Of a stretch of 64,000 nucleotides of DNA, positions 25,867 through 39,760 are shown one piece after another. Positions within the stretch are counted from its first letter, which is position 1; every line of letters starts with the position of its first letter. The stretch comes from Octopus sinensis (taxonomy: Eukaryota), in the NCBI RefSeq assembly GCF_006345805.1, contig NC_042998.1:99200001-99264000 (forward strand), written 5' to 3'. The notes below the pieces were generated by a model. It was not told where the DNA came from. It did not search any database and saw nothing but the letters and a program-made list of their open reading frames with translations. Both the position numbers and the translations under genes were made by a program.

Positions 25867-26837
25867 TATATATATATAAATATAAATGTATGTGTGTGTG
25901 TGTATTAGCCACATATTTGTCATTAATTTATAATGGCACCAGTCAAGTGGTACATACCATAAGCTTTTAATCTACCCTAAAATACATCCTGACTATAGAG
26001 CATTATAGATATATTAAAACAGTTTATACAGTCTATTAGAGTATCTTGGTAGATGTAAGAAATGAAAATTTCAAACATTTTAGGAACACAGGGACTAAGG
26101 AATATCAGGTGGCCCTCATCTTTGTATCTATTTGGTTGCTCATCTGCTTATCTATGAATAGTTTGTATACTGATTTACAAATGTGTATGTGTGTGTGCAA
26201 AAGAGAGAGAGAGGGGGGAGCTTACAAATCATTGAAATAGTGGTCTTCCTCACATATGAACTAGCCCCATGCCGCATACACATTTGTTTAAACCTATGTA
26301 CATATATATGCACGCACGATCATATTTGTTTGTAAGCAATATCAAGATGGTTTTTTTTTGTACCCTTGACATAACATGTATGGTTGTATGCCTCACTTTC
26401 ATTCTTCCTCTCTCTTTCACTCTCTCGCCCTCTCTTTACACACGCACACACACACACACACGCATACATACATACATACATACATACATACACACACATA
26501 CATATTTTAGTGTGCGGTGTGTCTGCCTCTTGTGTGCAGATTAATCTCAATACACATGTTGTGAAAGGGCTGGAGAAAGCATCTTGATAAATCTTTATTC
26601 CAGGGTAAATTACAGTTAAGCTTCTTTCCTCTCCACCCTGCTCCTTTTTGCAGAACCCAGTGGTGACTCATGGCAACTGCTAACTGTTGTTATGCTATTA
26701 TTATTGTTTTTTCTCTTTTTCTTTGTATTGTATTTGTTTTCAGTATGATGTGTGTGAGTTGAGGGTATTGGATGGATGAAGTATTGTTGTTAGGTTGCTG
26801 TGGCAAAGACAGCTGGCGAAGATCCAGCATCCCTTCC

Positions 26838-26877
<40 letters not shown>

Positions 26878-27346
26878 TCTTCTAGATGAGATGCTTAGCA
26901 GTTCAGCATAATGTATTCTATATCTTACTGAACAATGGGTCTAGCCACAAAGACATGGGTATTCCCTACCTTCCCTTTCCTATTCACACTCCTTGTATCA
27001 TTAGCAATACAACAACCACCACCTCCACTACCACCTCCACAACCAGAGAACCAATAAGTTGTTGCTCAAGCTACTAGAAATAGCAGCCAAATCTCCCTCA
27101 GACTACCCCTTATTGTCTTAAGAAATTTTTTTTAAAAACGGTTACATTAGGTTATATAATCAAGGAAACGAAATGCCTGAAACAAAAAAAGATGGATGGA
27201 ATAGTCTTTGGTGAATTGTTTTTGATTATTGGTTTGCTTCAAAAGGACTGACCAGGAGTTAAACAACACCAGCGACAACAGTAACAAGAACATCATTACT
27301 CTTGCCAATTAACTAGCTTCCTCTATATAGAAATACACACACACAA

Positions 27347-27395
<49 letters not shown>

Positions 27396-29711
27396 CATAC
27401 CCTTAGAAAATGTGTGTTGGAGTTACTTAAAAGGATGTAGAGAAGAGGAAATCAAAACCTTAAACAGGGACCTGTCAAACACCATATTATCTAGTTTGTG
27501 TACTGAGAGCTCATTTACATATGGAGATGGTTGGGTTATGGAGTGGGAGAGAGTTTACTTTTGTGTATGAAGGGTAAAGAAAGGTTTTTTTTTCCTCTCA
27601 AAAATCTATCAAAAGGTTGTTTTCTTTTTAACCTTTTCTGGAATTTCTCTTTGTAAATGTCTTTTATTTTATCATTTCATTTACACTAGTCTGAAGTTCA
27701 GTTGTTCAGTGAAAACTCAGAAATGGCAAAATGGCAGATAAAATGCCTTGCAGAATTTAGTTTACTAACTTCCTTTCCATCATCAGTTGAACCCTTTTTC
27801 CGGAAATCAGATATATTCACTCAAATCTTCATTAACCTTTACAGTAGAAAGCAGTTTTATATAACAATCTATCTTTTGTTGAAGAATGTCATGTTTGAAA
27901 CTATTTTTTGTTGAGATATGTCAGGTTTATTGAGGCAATGTGACATGTGGAAAATACCAATTCTATTTTGGCAGTCTGCCTCCCTACCTCACATTCACCT
28001 TCCCATGCAATATTGCAAACCACCCACCCACCCACTTTTACTCAGCTTGTATCTTGTGGGGCCACCTGGGCACCTTATTACTATTATCTATTTCTTACAG
28101 CCCCTGTTGATCATTTTCTTTTTCTCCTCACTACTTTTCTATTAGATGTGAACAACCATGCAGTTCCCTCTGCAGGTATCTGCTCTGTTCCCCCACCCCC
28201 AGTAATCTCCTCATCCCTAGCATGAAGTCGACCCCACCCCCACCAGGGCTCAAAGTCCTATAAACTGCATGACAACTTCAATAATGTAAGTAGCACAGTC
28301 CATGCAGTAAAGTGGTTGGCATTAGAAAGGGCATCCAGCTGTAAAAACCATGTCAAGGCAGACACTGACACTTGATACACTCCTTGGACACATTGGATCC
28401 TGTCAGACCATCTAATCCATGCCAGCTTGGAACACAGACATTACATGATGATAATTTTTAGCAACATTACTGGAATAACCATGAAATTTAGTTTTGAAGT
28501 TAGTATCATTAAGATAAATACCCGTTGACTATACCTACTTCCCTTTGGACAATTGAGGGAACCTTAATCTCAATATCTTGGTCTGCTAGAGACAAAACTT
28601 TTATCTTCCTCAGATCACAGCCTGTTGTTTTTAAAAAAAATCATTTTTTCATTTGTTTATATGGATTTGTCAGAGGAAAAAGAACAGTGGCTGTGACTTT
28701 TTAATGGGTTTTTATAACTGGTGAAACGAAAGGAAAAATTTAATCTTCAGCCTGGACACTGGTTCGAATGCTTGCAACAAACTGGATTTCACTGGTAGGC
28801 TCCAAGAACCAGTTGTTAATGTGAAACTGAGTGACAAAGAAAATAAAGATACAATGTTTACACGTGGGATGACTTTGATGATGTATCTAACCAAGAATTA
28901 CAAAATAACCAAATTACTGCACTTGTGTCAGTTTACGAAATCATTATTTACATTGGTTTAGGAATGTGAAGAACTAAGATAACATTTATCTTTAATTGTT
29001 TCAGCCTGTGACAAATGCTAGGACACCACCTTGTAGAGTTTAGTCAAACAAATTGACCCTAGTACTCATTTTCAAGTCTGGTACTTATTCTGTCATCTCA
29101 TTTACTGAACTGCTGTTACAGGGACATAAAACCAACAACAGTTGTCAAATGGCAGTGGGAACAAATTTGAAGACACATGTACATGCATTCATACATACAC
29201 AGACACACACACACATATGCATGCACACACACATATTATCATCACACATAACATTGTTGTCACCATTGTTATCATCACTATAGTTGTCATTGCCATTGTT
29301 GTCGTCGCCATCATTGTCATCGCCTTCTATATCTAGAATGTCCTCAGGTCTTTAGTATCAATCTGCAGTATTCAAAATTATACAAATCTCCAAACAGTAA
29401 GTCATCCCATAGATTCAAAAATTCCACTTTCTTTCACTCAAACATGTACCAGGTAACTGCAATTGCCTAAATTTCAAGGAGCCACCTCACTTCAGTGTTT
29501 TCCATCACAATATAAGGGATATAAGTGCAGAGTGGATACCAACACTTCTAAAAAGGGTTTGGACTGTGACTGCTTAAACCCCCTCAGCAATATGAATGCA
29601 GTTCTGAAATAGATGTCAATGGCAGTAACCAACCATGACCAACCACAGTGAGAGGCTTGAAACTAATAAGTGAATTAAAGAAAAGAATATGTGTGTGCAT
29701 AGATGTTTTAT

Positions 29712-30495
29712 CTTTTATCTTTTGCTTGTTTCACTCATTAGACTGTGGCCAGGCTGGGGCATTGCCTTGAAGAAATTTTAGCTAAATGAATTGACCCCAG
29801 TACTTATTCTGTTACTTCATTTTTTTAAGCTTGGTATTTATTCTATTGCTATCATTTGCTGAACTGCTAAGTTATGGGGATGTAAACACACCAACACCAG
29901 CTGTCAAGCAATGATGGATACAAACATGCACACACACACACACACGCACATAAATATATATATATATATATACACATATATATGTGTGTATGTGTATATA
30001 TATATATATATATAACTAAAAATAAGGGTGTCTGAGAGACACCACCATGCCGAAATAGCAGTCAAATCCCTGACTCTAAGAACCACCTTAAATGTTCATA
30101 TCACACCATGAGATAAGATAGAGGGACAAAATAGACTAGCAAAAAGATATAACTGAATAATTACTGCTATTTTGGCATGGTGGTGTCTCTCAGACACCCT
30201 TATTTTTAGTTGTAAAAAATTATTACCTTTGTATGGTATTTTTTCCCATGCTGACCACTTGATAATATCGATATTTAAATATCGATATTATCCTTATTTA
30301 TAAATTTTTATATATATACATACATACACACACACAATGGGCTTCTTTCAGTTTCTTTCAACCAAATCCACTCACAATGCTTTTGTTGGCCAAGTCTATA
30401 GTAGAAGGCACTTACCCAAGGTGCCATGCAGTGAGACTGAACTTAGAACATGTGGTTGGTAAGCAAATTTTATACCACACAGCCATGCCTGCACC
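29712..30495 (-). mobile_element. Family A SINE interrupted by a hairpin element
   Basis: Tail at 29712-29930 and head at 30335-30495. The insert 30012-30310 has inverted arms at 30013-30061 and 30163-30211. Confidence 0.8.
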
Positions 30496-30719
30496 TTGCA
30501 CCTATACATACAATTTTCTCTTTTATCTCTTTCTTCTCAGCCATTTCTCATCTTCCTCACTCCTTGTTTTTCTTCTGATAAAGGACAAGCAGCAAAAATG
30601 TTAAGACTCCCTCTCACTTACTTTTTAAGAGTTAAACTAATATGATATTAGTTGAAACTTATTTCTCCTCTGTTGTCTTGTTTCATTTTGTTATTATTCA
30701 TTGTGATATATATCATCAA

Positions 30720-31040
30720 AAAAGAAGGAGCACTCCATTGGTTATGATGACAAGGGTCCCAGCTGATATGATCATGGAACAGCTCGCTTGTGAAATTAAC
30801 GTGCAAGTGGCTGAGCACTCCACAGACACGTGTACCCTTAATGTAGTTCTCAGTGAGATCCGGCATAACTAGGCAGGCCCTTCGAAATACAGATACTACT
30901 CATTTTTGCCAGCTGAGTGGAATGGAGCAATGTAAAATAAAGTGTCTTGCTTAAGGACACAATACTTTGCCAGGAATTGAACTCACGACCTTACACTTCT
31001 GAGCCAAATGCCCTAACCACTAAGCCATGTGCCTTCACAT
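30720..31040 (-). mobile_element. tRNA-derived SINE
   Basis: Minus-strand GTGAAGGCACATGGCTTAGTGGTTAGGGC head, GTTCAATTCC B box, CCTTAAGCAAGACACTT core. Confidence 0.8.
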
Positions 31041-32149
31041 ATATCATCATAATCATCATCATCATCGTAATCGTCGTCATCTTTGTCATAATTTTTATTT
31101 CTGTTTTTCCATGCTTCTATGAATTAGATGAGTCTTCTCCAGTACAGTGTCATGCCACATTTGATAGCTTTTGTCATCCCTTTTGTGAGATCAGTCTTTC
31201 CATTTCTTACCTTACCATGACTTCCCTAGTCTTCTTTTACTGGTTTCATTTAGTACTTCTTCATCCATTTGTCATCTGCTATACATATCCCATCTGATAT
31301 TTCTTATAGACAGTTTTTCTTAAAGCTCATTTATGCTCTGTTGCTCATGCACTCTAGCATTACACACCCAATAGAATACTAACATTTGTTTCCAGTCTTC
31401 ACTTGCTCTCTGTATTCAGTGCCCATGTTTTGCTACTATGCATCTTACATTTTTTATACAAGCATCATCAGTCCTAACCCCTTATTTGAAGAATGAATTC
31501 CTTTGTTGTCTGCTGAGGTAATAATATCTTCCTAAATATTTACTGTTCTGTTCTAAGTCCTGTGTGCTTTCAGGGCCTAGTATCTAAACTGCAACATCAA
31601 GTTTTGATACCAGGACTACTAACAAGCTTGTTTATATATACACACCACACACTTGTCAGAAACTAGTATCAACAAATATTTAAACTTACCCTGCATTCAC
31701 ACATGTAATTATTTCTTTACACTACAAAGGACATCTGTACACTACACACATAAATACATTTTGACACACTGACTGTTAGCAATTTAATTCAAATATTCTC
31801 ATACACACAATTCATATCAAATATCTACAAATATAAATATACATTTTAGACTTTACCAGGAAGAATTTTTAAACTTTTTAATTCTCTGGACATTTTCTCT
31901 GGGTCATTAGCAATCCAGAGAGAATGTCTGGAGAACATTCTTATATAATTCTTGTAAACTAATAAAAACAATACAGTGCTAAAGTGAACTACAACTCTTT
32001 AGAAAAGGTTAAAAGAGGGACAGAAAGCAGCCATAAGTCAAATAAAAAGACACCAATATAAACTAGAAGTACATGCACAGTACACAGAATAAAACATAAA
32101 AAGACAGAAAAGTGAACAGTATAAAAAGAACTATAAAGAGGAAAGGATG

Positions 32150-32735
32150 CATCAGGAGAAGTACTGGGGAATTTCAGGGTACGTAGAATTTTTGAGGGAT
32201 GCAGTGTCCTGACAACTAAACTGATGCAAGTGATTTATTCCAAGCTTCAACAATTCTGAGCATGAACAAATGTTTCAGAAATATCATGGATGCTGTACTG
32301 TTTTTTGATTCTATAAACACATCTACAAATGGTAGAGATATTAAATTTAAAAAAGGTAACCAAAGATATTGTTGGAAAAATGGTGGATAAATTTGTGGGT
32401 TTTTGCTAAGTCAGCTGGTGTATGCCAGAACTTTAATGTGTTGATGCCCAGAGAAGCAATGCATTCTAAGATAAGGTATTTGTCTGGTTGCATGTCTGTG
32501 AAGAGCTTCCTGCAGATTGATATTTTGGACAAGAAGGGGACCCAGACTAGAGATGCAAACTGTAAGTGAGGACATACCACAGCTGTATATACAGCTTCAG
32601 ATAGATAGCTGGTGAACGGCTGACAATGCCTTACTGAATGATAATAAGACACCTTTGGCCTTTTTTGAAGATTTTTAGAAATGTGGGTCATCCAATGCTA
32701 ATCATTGTTGACAGTAATGTCGAGGTCACATTCAC
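32150..32735 (-). mobile_element. Degraded CR1-like LINE C-terminal fragment
   Basis: ORF 32347-32691 contains YTAVVCPHLQFASLVWVPFL (LY..LVRPHLEYA..VW.P motif). Confidence 0.8.
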
Positions 32736-33635
32736 CAACAGGTTGGAATTGTGAAGGGAATTGATAAATTCCAAGCAAGGAATTCAACATCTAGCTTTCT
32801 GAGTGACCACTAAGCTACAAAGCAATGCACTCCTTAAAAGGCCTTCTCCGGGTGGACAAATGCTAGGTGTAGTGGCTTACAATTAGCCACAAACTTGTAC
32901 TCTAGCAAGAGAGCATTGGTGGTATCCTACTCTGGCATAAACCTAACCCTTTTACAGCAGAACATAGCTTAATATCCACTCAAATTTCATTACGCTTAAC
33001 AGTGGAAAGTAGTTTTATATACCAACCTACCTTTTGTTGAGGAACGTCATGTCTGAAACTATTTTCTGTTCTGATGTTATGTAAAAAGCACCCATGCTGG
33101 TGCCATGCATTAAGCACTGGTGTCGGTGCCATATAAAAAGCACCCAATACATTCTGTAAAGTGGTTGACATTAGGAAGGGCAACCAGCCATTGAAACCAT
33201 GCCAAAACAAAGAACTGGAGCTTGGTACAGCTCTCCAGCTTGCCACTATGTAAAACGGGTGTTAAATGATGATAATGTAGCTTGCAGAAAATACTAATTC
33301 TACTTTTTTGGTAGATGTTTAACATCCTTACTGGAATAACCATGAAATTCAATCTCACAGTGAAAGGGTTAAGTTTATCTATTCTAAGTTGATAATCTTT
33401 CTAGTCAGTGGTACTATAACTCTTCCTGTTACTTTCATAGCCTGGTCTATCATTTTGATGCTGTGTAGTTGTTGCTTCTTTTGAACTAGTAGCAGTGTAT
33501 AATAATACTGCTATGCTAGTCATTAGACGTGACACCTCTATGTTCTACCTGATTGACTGTGAATTACTAATCCATGTCCTACTTCACTGGATATTTTTAG
33601 CTCCATGGTCCAGCTAAACAGTAACAAACTAGTGA

Positions 33636-33930
33636 GGTACATGATGATGATTGTGGCAGTGGTGGTGATGGTGGTGATGCTATTAGTCATGGTAGTGATG
33701 TTGGTGGTAGTTATGGTAGTGGTGGAGGTGTGATGACAAAGATGATGATAAATCATGATTGGGATGGTGATGCTATGGCTGAGTATGAGGATGATGACGA
33801 CTATGATACTGATCATTGTAATGCTTGTGGTAGTGACGATGTTGACGGTGGTGATTGTGATATTAGTGGTAGTCATGACAATGGTGGTGGTGGTGGTGGT
33901 GACGATAACAATGACTGCGATGATGATGAC
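33636..33930. repeat. Degenerate (GAT/GGT)n low-complexity tract
   Basis: Directly visible trinucleotide periodicity. Confidence 0.9.
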
Positions 33931-35189
33931 TCTTAATAATGGTATTAATATTTATGAGAAAATAACAGTTGCGTTAATTAATGATAATGAAAATTGTATT
34001 ATAATGTTTATCTCACTACATTTATAAAACTGCCGAAATCTGCCAAATTTTCTAGTTTGGATTCACCAGTCTTCCTTCCAAACGTTAAATTTAGAACAAG
34101 GGGGCTGTAATATTTCTTGAAGTTTATGCAAGAAACATGCATGGTTTTTCTTGAAATGTAAACAGATATTTCATTCCTTCATTCCTCCCATTTTCCTTAT
34201 ACATTGCTACAAACTTTACATTCCTTTTTATAGAAAGTTGTGTTTGTGTACATGTTCTTGTGTAAATGTGTGTGTGTGAGTGCATGCATTTGTGTGTGTG
34301 TGTGTGTGTGTGTTTGTTCTGTCTCAGCATCTCGCCTCATTTTTACCCATGCTGAGTAACTAACACCTTTCATTGAACATAGCCACCCTATTTGCTTGTG
34401 TTGTTGCGATAAAGAGCAGTTGCTAAACGAGACTTTAGAGTGAGTTAGTTAACACCAGCTCCCTTCGATCCCTACTCACTTTTTCTTTTTTGCCTTCCCT
34501 TCCTCCTTGCCTTCTCAGTTTTTCCCTCTCACTCTACCTGACAAGTGTGCTAGCAAAGTGGCAGTCAGTGCTTGCACAATTCTGTTTCTGCTCTACTCCG
34601 CTCTGCATTCACCTTGTAGAATCCACGACAAGAACCGATCTATGTAAACTAGACATTTGTTGATATGTTATGAATAAAAAAAAACCCTCTTGTAATACTT
34701 CATGGCAGGTCAATATGACCTTACAGTTTGCATCAAGTGGATTTCTCCATTTTAAATTTCTAGCATGGAAAATGGACGTTAAACGATGATGATGATGATG
34801 ATATATATATATACACACACATACACACACACACACACACACTCACTCATATACATATGCACATATATATACACACATACATGCAAATACACACATGCAT
34901 GCACATATATTAAGTGTTCAGATGAGCTGTATTGATTTTACATATTGTGTGTGTAGGCACATGTTTATATCTAATTATGCATTTGAATCTATGTCGGCAT
35001 GTATGTACCTGGATATTCCCTAGTAGCATCAGTGCTGCTTAGCAACGACTAGCAAGAATAATACTGTTGGGATATTCTGACATTTGTGATCTCCAATCAA
35101 CAATTGATATAAGGAATGTCCCACTGCAGTGTAAAGTGAAAATTCAATTATACCGTAGATATGCATGTATCTGAAGAAATTCATTCCTG

Positions 35190-35213
35190 GATATGTATGC
35201 ATACATGTGTGTG

Positions 35214-35261
<48 letters not shown>

Positions 35262-35332
35262 TATATGTGTGTGTGTGTGTGTATGTATATATATACATAT
35301 ATATATATATATGTATACACACACACACACAC

Positions 35333-35363
<31 letters not shown>

Positions 35364-35484
35364 GTACATATATATATAGACACAGGCTGATAGATTGATA
35401 GGTTGATAGATTTAGATATATTACACTCATATTTATGAATATTACTTATGTTTGTACGTGTGTATGCATTTATATATATGTGCA

Positions 35485-35536
<52 letters not shown>

Positions 35537-35586
35537 TGCATATATACACATATATATATTCACATATACATATATGTACATACATT

Positions 35587-35618
<32 letters not shown>

Positions 35619-35710
35619 TATACAGATGCACATGTGTGTGTGTATAAATATGATATTACACATACTTATCATAGATGCATATACCCTTATAATATATGTC
35701 ATATTTATAT
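35190..35710. repeat. Compound TA/CA/TG microsatellite block
   Basis: Directly visible. Confidence 0.95.
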
Positions 35711-36052
35711 ATAATCTTTTATTTATTTCCCAGTTTCAGTCATTAGATTTTGTCCATGCTGGGGCATCACTTTGGAGTCTTTCATTGATCAAGTTAACGG
35801 CAGTACTTACACTGGCAAAAATAAATTTAAGACACCATACAAATTATTTCATCTTTTACACCTTATGCAGAATTTATTTCTCTTTCAAATGATGCAGGCA
35901 ATAACTATTTTTATACAACTTGAAGAATTCTAATGCTAAATTAATATAAACGTTTCAAATTTACTGGCAAAATTAGTTTAAGACCATGTAGTATGTATGC
36001 CAATTTTTTTGCTAAAATGGGTGGTCCAACCCATGCCAGTGTGGACGAGAAA

Positions 36053-36086
<34 letters not shown>

Positions 36087-36489
36087 GGTGAAGCAATCAT
36101 CTTAAACAAACGGTCATGTCTGCACCTATGAATCTATCTTTTATTTTCCACTTGTTTTAGTCATTGGACTACAACAGTGCTAGAGCACAGCCTTGAAGGG
36201 GGTTAGTCAAACAAATTTATCATAGTTGCTATTTTTTAAAGTTTGATATTTATTTTGTTGATTCATTTGCTAAGTTACAAGGAAGTAAACAAACCAGCAT
36301 TGGTTGTCAAACATTAGGGTGAGACAAACACACTGACACACACACAAACATATATACACACACACACATTCATACACACAAACATATGTATGTACACATG
36401 TGGGTCAAAAGGTATGAACCACAACATTTGATATTTTATTTATATTACATTATCATCATCATCATCATCTCATATATATATATATATAT

Positions 36490-38578
36490 ATCCGAACGTG
36501 GCCGTAGTCAGTACCGCTTGTGGTACCAGTGCCGGTGGCACAAAAGAATCCATCCGAACGTGGCCGTAGTCAGTACCGCATCACTCGCCATCGTGCTGTG
36601 GGCACATAACAAACACCATCCGGTCGTGGCCGTTCGCCAGCCTCATCTAGCACCTGTGTCGGTGGCACATAAAAAGTAGTCAGTACCGCTTGTGGTACCA
36701 GTGCCGGTGGCACACAAGAATCCATCCGAACATGGCCGTAGTCAGTACCGCATCACTGGCCATCGTGCTGTGGGCACATAACAAACACCATCCGGTCGTG
36801 GCCGTTCGCCAGCCTCATCTAGCACCTGTGTCGGTGGCACATAAAAACACCTTCTGAAGACCCGGCAAGACTAGTCAGGCCATAAACCATGGCCCCTACC
36901 TGGGACGTAGTCAGTCCACCTGTGCATACCTTCCTCCTTGTGATACTTGTGAAGGCCTGTTGAGGCAAGTGAAAATCAAATCAAATCAAATCAAAATAGA
37001 TGAACATCAATGGAATTTGTATCTTTGTGGTACCAGTGCCGGTGGCACACAAGAGAAAACCATCCGAAAGTGGCCGTAGCCAGTACCGCATCGACTGGCC
37101 TCTGTGCTGTGGGCACATGACAAACACATCCGATCGTGGCCGTTCGCCAGCCTCATCTAGCACCTGTGTCGGTGGCACATAAAAACACCATCCGAAGACC
37201 CGGCAAGACTAGTCAGGCCATAACCCATGGCCCCTACCTGGGACGTAGTCAGTCCACCTGTGCATACCTTCCTTCTTGTGACACTTGTGAAGACCTGTTG
37301 AGGCAAGTGAAAATCAAATCAAAACAAATCAAAATAGATGAACATCAATGGAATCTGTATCTTTGTGGTACCAGTGCCGGTGGCACACACTTTGTGGTAC
37401 CAGTGCCGGTGGCACACAAGAGAACCATCCGAACGTGGCCGTAGCCAGTTCCGCATCGACCGGCCTCCGTGCTGTGGGCACATAACAAACACCATCCGAT
37501 CATGGCCGTTCGCCAGCCTCATCTGGCACCTGTGTCGGTGGCACATAAAAACACCTTCCAAAGACCCGGCAAGACTAGTCAGTCCACCTGTGCATACCTT
37601 CCTTCTTGTGACACTTGTGAAGACCGGTTGAGGCAAGTGAAAATCAAATCAAATCAAAATAGACAAATATATGAACATCAATGGAATTTGTATCTTGTGG
37701 TACCAGTGCCTGTGGCACACAAGAAATCCATCAGTGCCGTAGTCAGTGCGGTGGGCACATGACAAACACCATCCGATCGTGGCCGTTCGCCAGCCTCATC
37801 TAGCACCTGTGTCGGTGGCACATAAAAACACCATCCGAAGACCCGGCAAGACTAGTCAGGCCATAACCCATGGCCCCTACCTGGGACGTAATCAGTCCAC
37901 CTGTGCATACCTTCCTTCTTGTGACACTTGTGAAGACCTGTTGAGACAAGTGAAAATCAAAACAAATCAAAATAGATGAACATCAATGGAATTTGTATCT
38001 TTGTGGCACGTGGCACATAAGAAAACCATCCGAACCTGGCCGTAGCCAGTACCGCATCGACTGGCCTCCGTGCTGTGGGCACGTAACAAGCACCATCCGA
38101 TCGTGGCCGTTTGCCAGCCTCATCTGGCACCTGTGTCGGTGGCACATAAAAACACCATCCGAGCGTGGCCGTCTGCCAGCCTCGTCTGGCACCTGTGTCG
38201 GTGGCACATAAAAACACCATCCGAGCGTGGCCGTCTGCCAGCCTCGTCTGGCACCTGTGTCGGTGGCACATAAAAAAACACCATCCGAGCGTGGCCGTCT
38301 GCCAGCCTCGTCTGGCACCTGTGTTGGTGGCACATAAAAAACACCATCCGAGCGTGGCCGTTTGCTAGCCTCGTCTGGCACCTGTGTCGGTGGCACATAA
38401 AATCACCCACTACACTCTCGGAGTGGTTGGCGTTAGGAAGGGCATCCAGCTGTAGAAACACTGCCAGATCTGACTGGACTGGTGCAGCTTTCGGGCTCCC
38501 CAGACCCCAGTTGAACCGTCCAACCCATGCTAGCATGGAAAGCGGACGTTAAATGATGATGATGATGATGATGATGAT
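36490..38578 (+). repeat. Higher-order tandem array derived from an RTE LINE 3' UTR, ending in the LINE tail and (GAT)n
   Basis: Recurring GTGYCGGTGGCACAYAAAAA-CACCATCCG motif. Four ~310-340-bp units (AAAATCAAA marker at ~36972, 37310, 37640, 37953) and five 62-64-bp units (38124, 38186, 38248, 38312, 38375). Standard tail at 38400-38578. Confidence 0.92.
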
Positions 38579-38587
38579 ATGTATATA

Positions 38588-39463
38588 CAGGGTGTGATGG
38601 GTAAATTGTCACAGTTTATATTTTTAATTTTATGCATGCACAGTGTTTGTTTTTGATTTTGTCAACTACACAGTATGGTAGGGTTAGTTGGGCACTGTCT
38701 GTGAGAAAAACAGCACCATGACGCAATTCACTCTGCTAGAAATTGGGAAACAACATGCTGTACTGCTTGGCATTCAAGCCAAAAGCTCCAATAGGAATAT
38801 TTCAGAGTGATGGGTGTCAATCTGAGTCCCCAAAACATGTACTGAAAGTGATAAAGATCAAACATCCAGTCAACATCATGGTGTTTGGAGTGATCACTAG
38901 TGATGGTGACATTATACCTCCATTTATCTTCCCACACGCCATCAAACTCAACACACAGGTCTATGTCAAGTACCTGGAGGAAGTAGTGCTGCTCTTACTC
39001 AAGAGAGTGGCTGCTAGAAGACTCTATGTCTGGCAATAGGACTCTACACCATGCCATACAAACAGGAGAACCTAGTTTGGCTGTCAGACAATTTCTGCGA
39101 TTACATCACCTCTAACATCTGGCCACCTAACTCCTCAGATGCAACCTCCTTGGCTATTATGTGTGGGGTGTAGTTGAGTGAGAGACCAACAAAACTCCTT
39201 GTAACACCTAAGATGAACTGAAGACAAGGATTATGGCAGCATTGACCAACTTAAACAAGGAGACCATCCAGAAGAGTTGCAGGAGATTCTGAAGTCATCT
39301 CGAGGTTGTGGTTGAAGCCATTGGCAATTTTATTGAATAAATTTACTCTTTAGTATTTCAAGATATTTTTATGCAATTTTGCTAAATATATCTGTTAAAA
39401 TGAGATGTCAGTCCTATTTTCATTTTTGCATAATTTAGACAACAATTCATTCACCGTACCTTG
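38588..39463 (+). mobile_element. Internally deleted Tc1/mariner transposon (maT/DD37D-like, inferred)
   Basis: TA-flanked degenerate TIRs (CAGGGTGTGATGGGTAAATTG / CAATTCATTCACCGTACCTTG). Transposase remnants IMVFGVITSDG, YVWQ*DSTPCH and WPPNS. Confidence 0.88.
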
Positions 39464-39710
39464 TATATATATGTATATATATAAAAAGGAAAGAATGAAT
39501 AGATTCAAAAAGAAGAGGGAGTACAAGTTGACTGCTGTTTAATGACCACTACGCATGTTTCGATACAACACAGATCCACATATATACAGGATTTAAGCCT
39601 AGAATTGGTGGTATACTATATTACTACTGGCTATCTGGTAATTCTAAGAGTGAACTAGCTCTATTTTGTACTTTTATACGTTCTTAATGAAATACAACTC
39701 AACATATGTA

Positions 39711-39760
<50 letters not shown>

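Noticed and set aside
33730-34027. Acidic or Thr-rich ORFs as exons
   Set aside because: Degenerate GAT/GGT simple repeat with no convincing splice sites.
35029-35892. Many YI/HT/CV-rich ORFs here and at 9.0-9.5, 12.8-13.1, 24.8-25.1 and 43.3-43.8 kb
   Set aside because: These are translations of stop-free dinucleotide microsatellites.
36490-38400. CRISPR-like repeat-spacer appearance
   Set aside because: The spacers are themselves repeated, there are no cas genes, the context is a eukaryotic intron, and the units are homologous to the RTE 3' UTR at 22981-23490.
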